From NCBI RefSeq assembly GCF_001194135.2, contig NC_068990.1, positions 52,931,181 through 52,971,493 on the forward strand: a DNA stretch of 40,313 bases, in the 5' to 3' direction. Shown piece by piece: positions 1 to 12,440 of this stretch. Origin of the DNA: Octopus bimaculoides (Eukaryota). Under the pieces are notes generated by a model. That model was not told where the DNA came from. It made no database searches and worked only from the letters and a program-made list of their open reading frames with translations. Numbering within the stretch: position 1 is the stretch's first letter; each line of letters begins with the position of its first letter. Made by a program: the position numbers and the translations under genes.

Positions 1-104
1 ATTCGAGTTATTACCTTCCCTGGTGTAAGTGTAGCGCATGGACAAAACAGACAACAATGCAGGAATGTGCAGAATAATATTATAGATAATTAAAAAATTT
101 AGTT

Positions 105-230
105 ACAAATTTTGGCATAGAGTCAGTGGTACTCTGAAAGGATGGGAGTTGAACTCAGAATGCAAAGACTGACAAAATGTAGCTAAGCATTTTGCCAAGT
201 GTGCTAATAATTCTGCCAGCTTGCTGCCGC
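105..230 (-). mobile_element. tRNA-like SINE family A, internally deleted copy
   Basis: Shares the head block (GAACTCAGAA...GCTAAGCATTTT...TTCTGCCAGCT) with the four downstream copies; middle part missing. Confidence 0.6.
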
Positions 231-241
231 AACAACAACAA

Positions 242-457
242 TCCTTTCTAATACAGGCACAAGGCCTGAAATTTTAGGGATGGGGGTAAGTTGATTACAT
301 CGACCCCAGTACTCAATTGGGTACTTAATTTATTGACCCTGAAAGGATGAAGGTCAAAGTCGACCTTGCTGGAATTTGAGCTCAGAACATAGCGATGGAT
401 GAAATACTGTTAAGCATTTTGTCCAGCACGCTAATGATTCTGCCAGCTTGCTGCCTT
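242..457 (-). mobile_element. tRNA-like SINE family A, full-length copy
   Basis: Minus strand has an A-box-like TGGCAGAATCATT, a B-box-like GAGCTCAAATT, a conserved core and an (ATT)n-type tail. At least 7 related copies in the window. Confidence 0.8.
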
Positions 458-490
458 AATAATAATAATGATCATAATAATAAATATAAT

Positions 491-706
491 GAATCCTTTC
501 TTCTATAGGCACAAAGTTTGAAATTTAGGGGAGGGTCAAGTCCTTTATATTGACTCCAGTACTTAACTAGTACTTGTTTTATCAACCCTGAAAGGATGAA
601 AGGCAAAGTTGATTTTGGTGGAATTGGAACTGAGAATGTAATTATGAACAAATTGTCACTAAGCATTTTGTTCAGCATGCTAATAATTCTGCCAGTTTGC
701 TGCCCT
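491..706 (-). mobile_element. tRNA-like SINE family A copy
   Basis: Colinear with 242-457 and bounded by (AAT)n runs. Confidence 0.8.
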
Positions 707-726
707 AATAGTAGTAATAATAATAA

Positions 727-943
727 TGGTTTCAAATTTTGGCATGGGGCCAGTAGTTTTTGATGGGTGGAGTAAGTGGATTACATCAACTCTCTATGCC
801 TGACTGATACTTATTTTATCAATTCCAAAAAGTTGAAAGGCAAAGTTGACCTCAGCAGAATATGAACTCAGGACATAAAGATTGTGAAATACTGCTAAAC
901 ATTTTGTCCAGTATGTTAACTATTCTGCCAGCTCACTGTCCTT
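727..943 (-). mobile_element. tRNA-like SINE family A copy, variant 3' end
   Basis: Same head and core, but the tail-proximal end reads GGTTTCAAATTTTGGCA on + instead of CCTTTCTACTATAGGCAC. Confidence 0.75.
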
Positions 944-964
944 GTATAATAATAATAATAATAA

Positions 965-1171
965 TGATGATGGACTCTGCTGTTGAAGATGATGTATGAG
1001 TGTTTAGCTTTTGCCGAACAACCTGCACAAATGATTTGTTTATAGTCATAAAATGTTCATGCCACACACTAACTCACTCTCTCCATCAAATCAACATTGT
1101 CTGAATAGGTACACAATGTAATATGCATCGGGTGTTGAAGTGATTGCAGAGCAATGCGAGATTAAGTGTTT

Positions 1172-1172
<1 letters not shown>
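965..1172 (-). repeat. Probable decayed SINE of a different family
   Basis: Sits between (AAT)n tracts inside the SINE array; GCAGAGCAATGCGAGATTAAGTGTTTT resembles a cephalopod interspersed repeat I recall. No second copy in the window to confirm. Confidence 0.3.
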
Positions 1173-1214
<42 letters not shown>

Positions 1215-1228
1215 TAATAATAATAATT
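1173..1228. repeat. (AAT)n microsatellite
   Basis: Direct reading. Confidence 0.9.
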
Positions 1229-1230
1229 GT

Positions 1231-1440
1231 AATCCTTTCTACTATAGGCACAAGGCCTGAAATTTTTTAGGGAAAGGTGGTTAGTTAATTACATTGACCC
1301 AGTCCTTAACTGGTACTTATTTCATTGACCCTGAAAGGATGGCAGGCAAAGTTGACCTCAGTCAAATTTGAGCTCAGAACAAAGATGGATGCTATGCTTC
1401 TAACCATTTGTTTTGCGTGCTAATGATTCTCATTGTCCTC
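1231..1440 (-). mobile_element. tRNA-like SINE family A copy
   Basis: Colinear with 242-457; head partly decayed. Confidence 0.75.
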
Positions 1441-3084
1441 AAATGATAACAATGATAATAAAAATTCTTCCAATAAGCATTTGTTGAAAAAAGTATGTGT
1501 TGATGAGAACTAAATCAGTTTGCATATGAAAATGATTTGCAGGATTTGAGTGAATGAAAGGATATAGAGACACTTTTGAATGTCTAGAACTGCTACTGCT
1601 ACTTCAGCTTAATAGCTGAAGGAAGTAGAGAAATGATGTAACATTGAAAAAAGTTAATTAGGACATAACAATATCAGTTTATCAATATCTTTTATTAAGC
1701 ATGATAGTTTGAGTTTCATGTGAAGAAGAAATGGCAAATTGTAATGTTCATGCTTTTCCTCTGTTTAATAAGGAAGGAAATGAATTCAGTAATTCCAACT
1801 TCCAGATTTCAAGCAAACAATTAAAATAATTTCTTAAACACAGTGTCTCACCTTTTGTGGGAAGTGTATAGGCAGTTTTCTGGGTTGTTTACTGGTATAT
1901 AGTAATGTGTCAGTATAACATTGGTCTACTATTATATTTAATAGAGTGAATGTGTAAGTTGATTCTGGATTGTGTTTAAATTCCTGAAAGAAGACATCTC
2001 ATTTGCCTCCACGCTTCCACTGATTCTGTGACATTTCACACTTTCTAGCTGAAATGTAAAGGGATGTGGGTGTGAGGATTGATTTGATCTTTTATCATGT
2101 TTTATTATCCCTTTTGATAACCAACATGAGATGTCCTTAGTTCTAAGATTAAAACTTCCTGTTTCAAAGTGATCTAAGTTAAAAGCCCCTTCCTCCAAAA
2201 TTTCATGTTATGCCGTAAATGGCAGCTTAATCACGATGAAATTATTTTAGATTCTTCATTATTTTAAAAATTAATTCAATCATAAGTTGTGTATTTCAAC
2301 AGAATAGGGTAGTTAAAGCATTTAAGCCTAGACTACTTGTATTTTTTCTCCCCTCTGAGACAGAAGAGATGGAATGTTTCATAAATTGGACATTTCATGT
2401 TTTTTTAACTTCTCAATAGGATTCATATTTTATTAACTCATGCATATTAGTTTCTTCTGAGTACACCACACCTCATAATAATAATATTTCTGTGAACTAA
2501 ACAAATGCCAGTCATGTCACAGAGTAGACCTCATTGATACACACAAGTTTGGAAGATCACCAGTTCTTATTTTCTTAACAATGAATTGATTACACAATTT
2601 AAACGTATGAACATAGTGGTAAAAATAGCAGTGATTTATCTTGACAAGGCCAAATTCTACCTGTTCAAGCTGCAAGTTCATTGAATCAACTACAATATTT
2701 GTTTTATCAGGTAGCATGAAAATCTAGTTGATTAAAATGAGATTCCAACCAAGGTAAGCAAAATATAGAATCTCAGTCATGTGTCTGTATCAGAGATTAT
2801 TTCTTACATAAACATAACAATTGAATGAAAAGTGGGAAGTTTTGGTAATGATGCATTTTTCAGAAGGTAATATCACAGAAATTTCAGCCTAACCAAACTG
2901 TTCATTGATAAGGTTTAAAAAAACCAATCGTTTGCAAGAAAATAAAACAAAATCTGTCTGTTTTAGATACTTTTACACAAACACACACAAAGGACTTCCA
3001 TACAGAATCTATTTATCTAGTCTGTCTGTCTGTCTCTTTCTCTTGCCCACGCACGCACACGCACGGACGCACGCACGCGCGCGG

Positions 3085-3230
3085 TGCTGGCATGGCTGCT
3101 TTGCAACTAGGTGGTTTCAGATCCGGGCTTATTGTGTGACACCATAGGCAAGTGTCTTGAGGTGACCCATTCATTTTGAGACACATTAGATAAATAAATT
3201 CTGTATGGAAGTCCTTTGTGTGTGTCTGTG
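3085..3230 (+). repeat. Decayed SINE family B head
   Basis: GGCATGGCTG...GACACCATAGGCAAGTGTCTT resembles the head at 18687-18775 with deletions. Confidence 0.35.
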
Positions 3231-6200
3231 TAAAAGTATCTATGAAGGTCTTATGTACTGTTTCCTGCCTTTGTATGTGCTTATTACCACATGTCTTGAT
3301 ATTGACACAGTTTCAGTAGCAGTGATGTTTTGATACATGTGGAAAGAGGTAACAGAAACAAAAGACCTACTGAAATAGTATGATGGAAGAAGAATTAGTG
3401 AAATGAGGGAGACAGTGATGGAAGAGGGAGTACTGAAAGTGAAGAGTGATAAGAGAGATAGATTGATGGGTAGAAATTAGGATGGGTGATTGTATTTATG
3501 TATATGGTAGATATCCCCAAATGATAATGAGTAAATACATCCCCTAGGGAATCTTCTGGGTATTTAAAGGAATTTATTGACTGCTCCTGTGTATCTGCCA
3601 CATACAAACTTAACTTTTTCTAGCTTCATCGTTTACATGAACTACTCTGTATTTCCACCCATATTTTTTCTACACATATTGAACATGATTACTTCCCTCT
3701 CTTTTCTTGTTCGTAAAACTTGCTTGGTTTTGTTTCTATACCTGGAATTCATTCTTCAAATCTGCTATAGATTCAGCTGTAAGAACTCAACCATTATTAT
3801 ACAAGAGTTTCCATCAATAGCTGGGCTTAAACTCTTTTGTTGTGGCTCAGGAGGGATCTCTACCAGCATGCCATGTTAAATTCGTCACAGATTGCATTGC
3901 TGTTCTATAGCAACCACTGAACTGCACACTGTGAAAACTTATCTTGTCCAGGTTAAGAATTGCTAAGTACTTCTACTGTAATGGTCTCGCAAGAAAGAAA
4001 ACATTCATAGTGCCTCATAGTGATATAAATCTGAATTACATTTCATGTGTCACAATTCTGCCAAAGTTGAACTAAAAACCAGTTATCTACTGGGATCTAT
4101 TTAATCAGCTACATTGCTCCCTTAAATTTCTGTCACTTGCAGATATTTTTCATTTCTTCCCAAACAAAGGAATTCCTTATTTTGTTTTATTTTTGTCAAA
4201 TATTGATGATTAAATTTGTTTCTTCTTATACACATGCATGCATATGTGCGTGGATGCCTATTATATAGCTACAAGAGTATCTATTGAACTCACACATCTC
4301 AACAAGACAAGGTAGAATAAATTGCATGTAGAATTGTTTTGATATGTTTCAATATTTTTCATGACAACCCACCCACACAAAGTACAATATGACAGTTGTT
4401 GCTGCTGTGTGGGCAGCAATAGCAACAACAGCAGCAGCTGTATGTTTCCCAAGTAGATATAAGTGGAAGGATATGGACTGGTTGTTGATATTGAGTGAGG
4501 TGGAGGAATGGAAAGCCTGAGAGAGGGAATGAGTAAGAAAGTGTGTGTCAGGAAGAGGTTAGTGTGAGTGACAATGGAAGAGAAGAGTGAGAGGGTTGAG
4601 AGACTGTGTGCAGCAAGGAAGGAGGGTAGATCAAGAGACTGGTCAAGAGTGAAAGTGAGAGAGAAGGTTAAGAGTTAGCGAGGTGTGTGTGATAGAGTGC
4701 GAGATGGTAGGTTGGATAGGGACAGAGGGTGGGAGTGGTGTAAAACAGGAGAGGAGAATGGAGTGATGGAAGTAGAAACAGAAAGAAGAATAGAAACTGA
4801 AGTGATGGAGGGAGAGGAGAGATTAGAAAGAGAGGGGAGGAAGGAAGAAATGATGAAAATAAAATGGTCACAACAAGATGGTTAGTTTTTGGAGGATTTT
4901 ACTTTTATTTTATATTTTGAACAGATGAATAATTAGTTAAGAAATATCCTAATTTATTTTACTTTCAAATTTGTTTTTTTTTTGCTGATAATTTATTGAA
5001 TTTTAAATTTTATAACAAAACATATGCTGAGAGTTGGGTGTGAAAACTGAGTAAATATCTTAGAATATTTGAGAGAGTTATTTCTCCTTGGTCTACTTGT
5101 GTGTGTGTGTGTTTGGAGAAAGAGTGCCAGCAGCCATGACCTTTGCAAGGTCACTGGAACTGAAGAGGAACAAGGGGAGCTAGACTAGGTGTGGCAGTAG
5201 GAAGCAGCGCATCAAAATACTAATGCCTGGTCTAAATGTTTTGAGTGGACACTTCCAGAAAGACAAAGGACCAGGTAGCTGTGTGAAACTGGTGATAGAT
5301 TAGGTCTTACCACCCAAAAGGAATAACAGCCTCCCTACCAACTCCAAACAGCAACATGTCTCTTCAATAACAATAATAATAATGGTTTCTTATTATTTTC
5401 TTAGAAATGTTTATTCTTTATTATAAGAATTAAATTCTAGTTGTGGCTGAGAATATACTGTTGTAGTTTCTACATTCTAATCACATAAAATGAGAATGTA
5501 TAGCAGAAATTGAACTTACTTTGGACTTGTTAGCTGTATACTCCAATACTATGGGGATACAATATTTTAGTTTTGTTGAAATTGCTCCAATTCTGGAGTG
5601 ATGTTATCACTGAGGATCTGTTCTGGTGAAAATATTACCTTCACATATCTGCTATTGAACGCCAGTGAGTGACCCTTCTCTTCTGGAGCAGAGCATACTT
5701 TGACCCCAATAGTTATTGATGTACGCACTTACAAACAAAATTTTTTAATATACAATGCTTTTATATCTGCTTTCCATACTAGTATGGCTTGGAAGAGTCA
5801 TCACAAACCTGATTATTTGGAACTACATCCCTTCTGGACAGACAAGTAATCCACATCTTGCACACATGTTCCATTTTTGGTGTGTTTTGTATAGCTGGAT
5901 ACCCTTTTTAACACCAACCATTGTACAGAGTGTACTGGGTGTATTGTATCATGGTACCACCACTAGAAAATTGTCATGTCTTCATGAAGATAAGTCTAAA
6001 CAATCCTTTACACCCTATTTTGACTCTGCTAATTTACCAATCATTTTACAGTGTATAGTGAGTGCAGTTTATAGTGGAACCAGTTTTAGTGAGGATATCT
6101 TGTATCCCAAAGAGAAAAGGGTCCATGTTGCCTTCATCCATTCAGTATAACATGACCAACAGTGAGTGTAGAGAAGGAGAAACTTGGGGAAGAGGGAGCT

Positions 6201-6772
6201 AGAAATGTGAGTATGATAAGGTGGAGGTGAAAGAAATACAATGGCTGGAAAATGAGTTGAGAGATACCAAGAAGAATGGAAAAGAAACATTAATAGAGAG
6301 GGCTACTAATGGTTGCTAGATGTTTGTTGCTAAAACAGCAAGAGTGGGAAACAATGATGGGTAAATTAAAACAGAGCACCACCATCTTCAAATGGTGTCA
6401 TGGGAGGGCACAGAGAGAAAACTTTCATGCGTCTACCAGTTTCATCCATTCTGCCTGCCTGTTCATTTTTGTTTTATAACTTATAAAGGGGGTGAAGTGA
6501 TATCATTGCACAACTCTAGTAAACAGACATGGTTGGGTGAAATGTGTGTTTGTGGTAAATATACTTCCATGTATTCTTATGCATGTAGTCATGGGAACAG
6601 ACATGTACTAATGCATGTGACCATGTAGATCTCCATGTAGTTTTGGTATACATATATATGCATACCATTGCACTAGACTGCATGTTCTCCCATTCACACA
6701 TGCTTACCACATCAACACAGATATGCATTTTTTGCATTTAAATGTCTTTCTGTGTGAATAATTGTGTGTGCA

Positions 6773-6786
<14 letters not shown>

Positions 6787-6819
<33 letters not shown>
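6787..6819. repeat. (TA)n microsatellite preceded by (TG)n
   Basis: Direct reading. Confidence 0.9.
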
Positions 6820-6821
<2 letters not shown>

Positions 6822-7806
6822 TCATCATCGTCGTTTAATGTCCGCTTTCCATGCTAGCATGGGTTGGATGATTTGACTGAGGACTGGTGGACCAGGAAGC
6901 TACACCAGGCTCCAATCTGATTTGGCAGAGTTTCTACAGCTGGATGCCCTTCCTAATGCCAACCACTCCGAAAGTGTAGTGGGTGCTTTTACATGCCACA
7001 AAGGCCAGTCAGGCGGTACTGGCAACAGCCACGCTCGAAATGGTGTATTTTACGTGTCACCTGCACAGGAGCCAGTCCATCGGCACTGGCAACGATCTCG
7101 CTCGAATGTTTTATTGGCAACGGCCACGCTTGAAATGGTATATTTTACATGTCACCATTTCGAGCGTGGCCGTTTTCGTGCGGGTGACACGTAAAAGCAC
7201 CCACTACACTCCCTGAGTGGCTGGCGTTAGGAAGGGCATCCAGCTGTAGAAACTCTGCCAAATCAAACTGGAGCCTGGTGATGCCATCCGGTTTCACCAG
7301 TCCTCAGTCAAATCGTCCAACCCATGCTAGCATGGAAAGCGGACGTTAAACGATGATGATGATGATGATGATGATCTGCTCAGGAGTCAATCCATCGGCA
7401 CTGGCAACGATCTCGCTCGAATGTCTTTGCACGTGCCACTGGCACAAGTGTCAGGAAGGCGATGTTGGTAACAATCACGCTGGTGCTATTTATGTGCCAC
7501 CGCCATGGAAGCCAGACAGCTGCTCTGGCGATGATCATGGTCGGACGGTACTCTTAGTGCTCCACTGGTACAGGTGCCGTCACGATTTCGCTTTTGCTTG
7601 CCCTAACAGGTCTTCGCAAGCGGAGTTTAGTGTTCCTACAAATTTAGTTCGATTTCGATTTCACTTGCCTCAACAGGTCTTCGCAAGCGGAGTTTAGTGT
7701 CCAATGAAAGAATGTTACGCGTAAGTGGGCTGGCTACATCCCTGGCAGAGGCCTTGGATTTTGGTCTCACTTGGCTTGCCGGGTCTTCTCACGCACAGCA
7801 TATTTC
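6819..7806 (-). mobile_element. 3' end of an RTE-type LINE (last ORF2 codons plus 3'UTR with internal tandem repeats and GAT tail), interrupted by a younger copy
   Basis: Minus strand reads KYAVREKTRQAK* (stop at 7767-7769), comparable to the C-terminus of the RTE ORF2 at about 31500 (YMVLDKTCPPQQN*). The UTR has repeated GGCACTGGCAACGATCTCGCTCGAATG units and a duplicated AACAGGTCTTCGCAAGCGGAGTTTAGTGT, and ends in (GAT)n. The 5' side runs into an N gap. Confidence 0.7.
7154..7375 (+). mobile_element. Young 5'-truncated RTE-type 3' tail inserted antisense into the older copy
   Basis: Ends in CCATGCTAGCATGGAAAGCGGACGTTAAACG(ATG)n with CpGs intact. The host repeat unit TACATGTCAC|CTGCTCAGGAG is split around it. 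Confidence 0.8.
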
Positions 7807-7832
7807 NNNNNNNNNNTATATATATATATATA

Positions 7833-9408
<1,576 letters not shown>

Positions 9409-9879
9409 TATATATGTATATGTAAATTCAGTCTAGTTTGTGAATATGCTCAGTTCTGTGGAGAAGCGCTTTCACATGTGGAACAATGTTTAAGGTTCAC
9501 ATTTAACAGCTATTTTGATGCATACTTACAACCTTTCATAGATAAATATACATTTCTACATTCACTGCAAACACTGCACACCTCCATACTGATGTGTTCA
9601 CTCTGCTAAATTGTATCACTACCTTTCAATGTTGCAGGTTTGTTGATTTGGCATATTTCAGCAGTTTGTGGAAACTGTTAGAGCTTACACTTCTACAAGT
9701 GTAACAAGGTTTTCTTGTCTTTTAATTATTATAAGCTCAAAGTATTGCTTGCCTGATTTTATTTTTTATTTTCTTGTTTTATATTTCAGCTTTCATTTCT
9801 CTGTTTCTTCCTGACCTTTTGTTTCAGTAAACAGAGAGTTAGGAGTTAGTATTTTCTCATTTTGACTTTATTTAGCGAA

Positions 9880-9937
9880 TCTCTCTCTCTCTGTCTCTCT
9901 CTGTGTCTCTCTCTCTCTCTGTCTCTCTCTCTCTCTG

Positions 9938-9999
<62 letters not shown>

Positions 10000-10086
10000 N
10001 NNNNNNNNNNNNNNNNNNNNNNNNNNNNNNNNNNNNNNNNNNNNNNNNNNNNNNNNNNNNNNNNNNNNNNNNNNNNNNNNNNNNNN

Positions 10087-10118
<32 letters not shown>
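9880..10118. repeat. (CT)n microsatellite spanning an N gap (10000-10086)
   Basis: Direct reading. Confidence 0.9.
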
Positions 10119-10124
<6 letters not shown>

Positions 10125-10284
10125 AGTTGTAAATGAATATTGTTTATAAGAGAATTGGTTAAACTATTGCCTGGAATTTCAAAGGATCTCATGTTTCCTA
10201 GTTTTTAAAGGCTTTTGTGCTTTACAACTGCTATGTGTCTAGCAATGTCATTAACTGTTTTTTACTGAAGTTCAATATGTGTGT

Positions 10285-10620
10285 AGGCACAGGTATGGCT
10301 GTGTGGTTAAGAAGCTCACTTCCCAACTCAATTGTTTCAGGTTTAAATAGCAACTTGGGCAAGTATCGTCCGTAGATCTGAGCCAGTCAAAGTCTTGTGA
10401 GGGGATTTGGTAGACAGAAACTGAAAGAAGTCTCTCTCTCTTTCTCTCTATTTGTAGTTTTCTGTTAAAAATGTGTCTGGCCATGGGGTAATATTACCTT
10501 GCTTAGAAATAGATGAGGGTTGGTGACCAGAAGGGCATCCAACTGTAGAAAATCTGTTTCAACAAATTTGGTCTGGCCCATACAAGCATGGAAAAGTGGA
10601 TGTCAATATGATGATGATGT
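10285..10620 (+). mobile_element. Composite SINE: family B tRNA-like head, (TC)n, RTE-type 3' tail
   Basis: Head GGTATGGCTGTGTGGTTAAGAAG...GAAACTGAAAGAAG matches 18687-18825. Tail GAAGGGCATCCAACTGTAGAAA...CAAGCATGGAAAAGTGGATGTCAATATGATGATG matches the LINE tail at 7154-7375. Confidence 0.65.
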
Positions 10621-11503
10621 GAGCACGTGTATTATTGATTTTTTTTTTTAATGTGAAGTTATAAAAACAATTTAGCATTAAACTGAAGGATTAGTCAAAT
10701 ACTTTTTAGTAGAGTACATATTCATTAATTTTAACTTTGATGATTGCTGTATGATAATTAAATCTTTATAAGCCTATCTGTACCCTGTTAGCTATTACAG
10801 TTATTTGGCAGTGGCCCTCATTGATTTTCTGGAATCATCATCAATAACGTTTTTGAGCTTATTGGATGAATTCTGGTGTCCTTAGTGTTAAAATATTTAG
10901 AATATTTTTTTCTTTTTGATACAGCTGAAACACTCCTGTCAGAGTCTTCCAATTCCATCTGAACTTTGTGTACAAAAGGATTTGCAATGTTTAAAAAGTT
11001 AGCAATTCCTACATGTCTTGTTATTTCTTGTGTTAACATGGGGAATATGAAAGAAATGAAAACCTTTTAATTGGTTTGAAGAATGTAATATACTGATAAT
11101 TAAGTGTCCTCAAATGCCCCTCATACCCTGTATGTCTTGCAAACTCTCTCAGCTTCCTAAGTGCTGCCAAGGCCTTCTGGATCTCTACTAATTTTGCAGA
11201 ATCTTCTTCCTCTGCCATTCCTCAAGAAAGATGAGTTCTCTAAGTACCTTTGCTGCAAATAAATTCACTAGATTTGCTCTTTGTTTTATTTTTATCTCTA
11301 CACTACTCACATACAACAAAACTTCTCTAAATTCTATCAATCTCTCTCATTCAACAAGACCTTACTTTAACCTTCACCTGTCCTACCACCATACACAAAC
11401 TCTCCTTCAGCTTGTCTGGACTTGATACTGACCACTCCATTGCATTCAAACCACAACCCTCCTCCCACTCATTCTCATTCAGTCATGCATGCATTTTCTT
11501 TCT

Positions 11504-11506
<3 letters not shown>

Positions 11507-11537
<31 letters not shown>
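11507..11537. repeat. (CA)n microsatellite
   Basis: Direct reading. Confidence 0.9.
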
Positions 11538-11539
<2 letters not shown>

Positions 11540-12289
11540 TCTCTCTTTCACTCTTACCCCATGATACATCTTTTCTCTCTTTTTCTCAAACGTACATCCA
11601 CTCATGAACTCAAAGTCCTCTGACTTGAACTGTGAAAGAAAATAAAAGGATCCTGATAGTATTCTGATTCCATATCTAATGATGTTATTCCATATAATCC
11701 AAGATTTCTTTAACCAGGAATAGTCTTAGAACAGTACAAATAGAGCCAGTGTATGTGGTTGTGGTACCTTAACTAAATGTTTAACAAGTTGGGTCCATGT
11801 GTATGAAGGAATATAGCAAGCAAGAATACATGTTAGGACAAGTGTTGTTATGGCTGAGACCATTTCCTAAATCAATAAAGATGATGAAATAATAGCACAC
11901 AGTAATATGGGTTGCTAATTGTGCTTCCAGTGCACCTTATGTGTACCATTGTTGTGCAGTATATGTTGCAAGGGAGAAGACAGAAACTCTCCGACGATCG
12001 ATTAGTTTCACTGCAAAATAAACAGACAATTTCATTTCAGTCTCTCCACCCTTGTCTCCTGTATAGCTTCAACATTTAGTTGACATTAAAACATTCTTTT
12101 AGAAGCTGACTTTACTCATGGACTCTAAACTTGTTTGCAGCCTACTGCTCCCTAAGTGATGTATGTTGTGTGTGTTAATCTAAAAAAGTGGAGGGGTCAG
12201 AGCTCATAGCACTTCTAAACCATTTCAGGAAGAGGTGGTGGATCAGCATAATCATATCAATGTTCTTGGAATTCATAAATGGTTGATGA

Positions 12290-12440
12290 AGTTAGTGTTT
12301 AACCACAGGTCAGCCTTAATTGACCACCTTGTCTTTTTCTTATGTTCAGTGAATAGTTGCATTATTGTTTTAAGCTGATAGGATATAATTTGAGGGAGAA
12401 TTGGCTGCTGGTTTCAGAACTTATATTAATTTAGTTACCT
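12290..12440 (+). repeat. Decayed interspersed repeat family E
   Basis: GTTTAACCACAGGT... and ATTTGAGGGAGAATTGGCTGCTG recur at about 22000-22180 (GTTTAACCTCAGGT, ATTTGAGGGAGATTTGACTGCT). Confidence 0.45.

Noticed and set aside
242-457. tRNA genes at SINE heads
   Set aside because: A- and B-box-like motifs are present, but there is no complete cloverleaf and the heads are fused to SINE bodies.
2711-2753. Possible first coding exon ending ATG AGA TTC CAA CCA AG|GTAAGC
   Set aside because: The donor is strong but only five codons support it, and no downstream exon could be linked.
3050-3085. CpG-rich alternating purine-pyrimidine run (ACGC)n as a CpG island or Z-DNA element
   Set aside because: Too short; best explained as a degenerate microsatellite.
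4480-4880. Purine-rich tract with ORFs on both strands
   Set aside because: Low complexity; no domain motif or element boundary identified.
5755-6150. 131-aa ORF
   Set aside because: No recognisable motif and no convincing splice signals; an ORF of this length can arise by chance or from an unrecognised decayed repeat.
9638-9698. Candidate exon FVDLAYFSSLWKLLELTLLQ
   Set aside because: Acceptor is plausible but the GTGTAA donor is weak and there is no homology evidence.
10818-11218. Two adjacent minus-strand ORFs (MAEEEDSAK..., MLTQEITRH...) as a gene or frameshifted element
   Set aside because: Protein-like composition and a GTATGA donor, but no family could be assigned and the strand conflicts with the other exon candidates.
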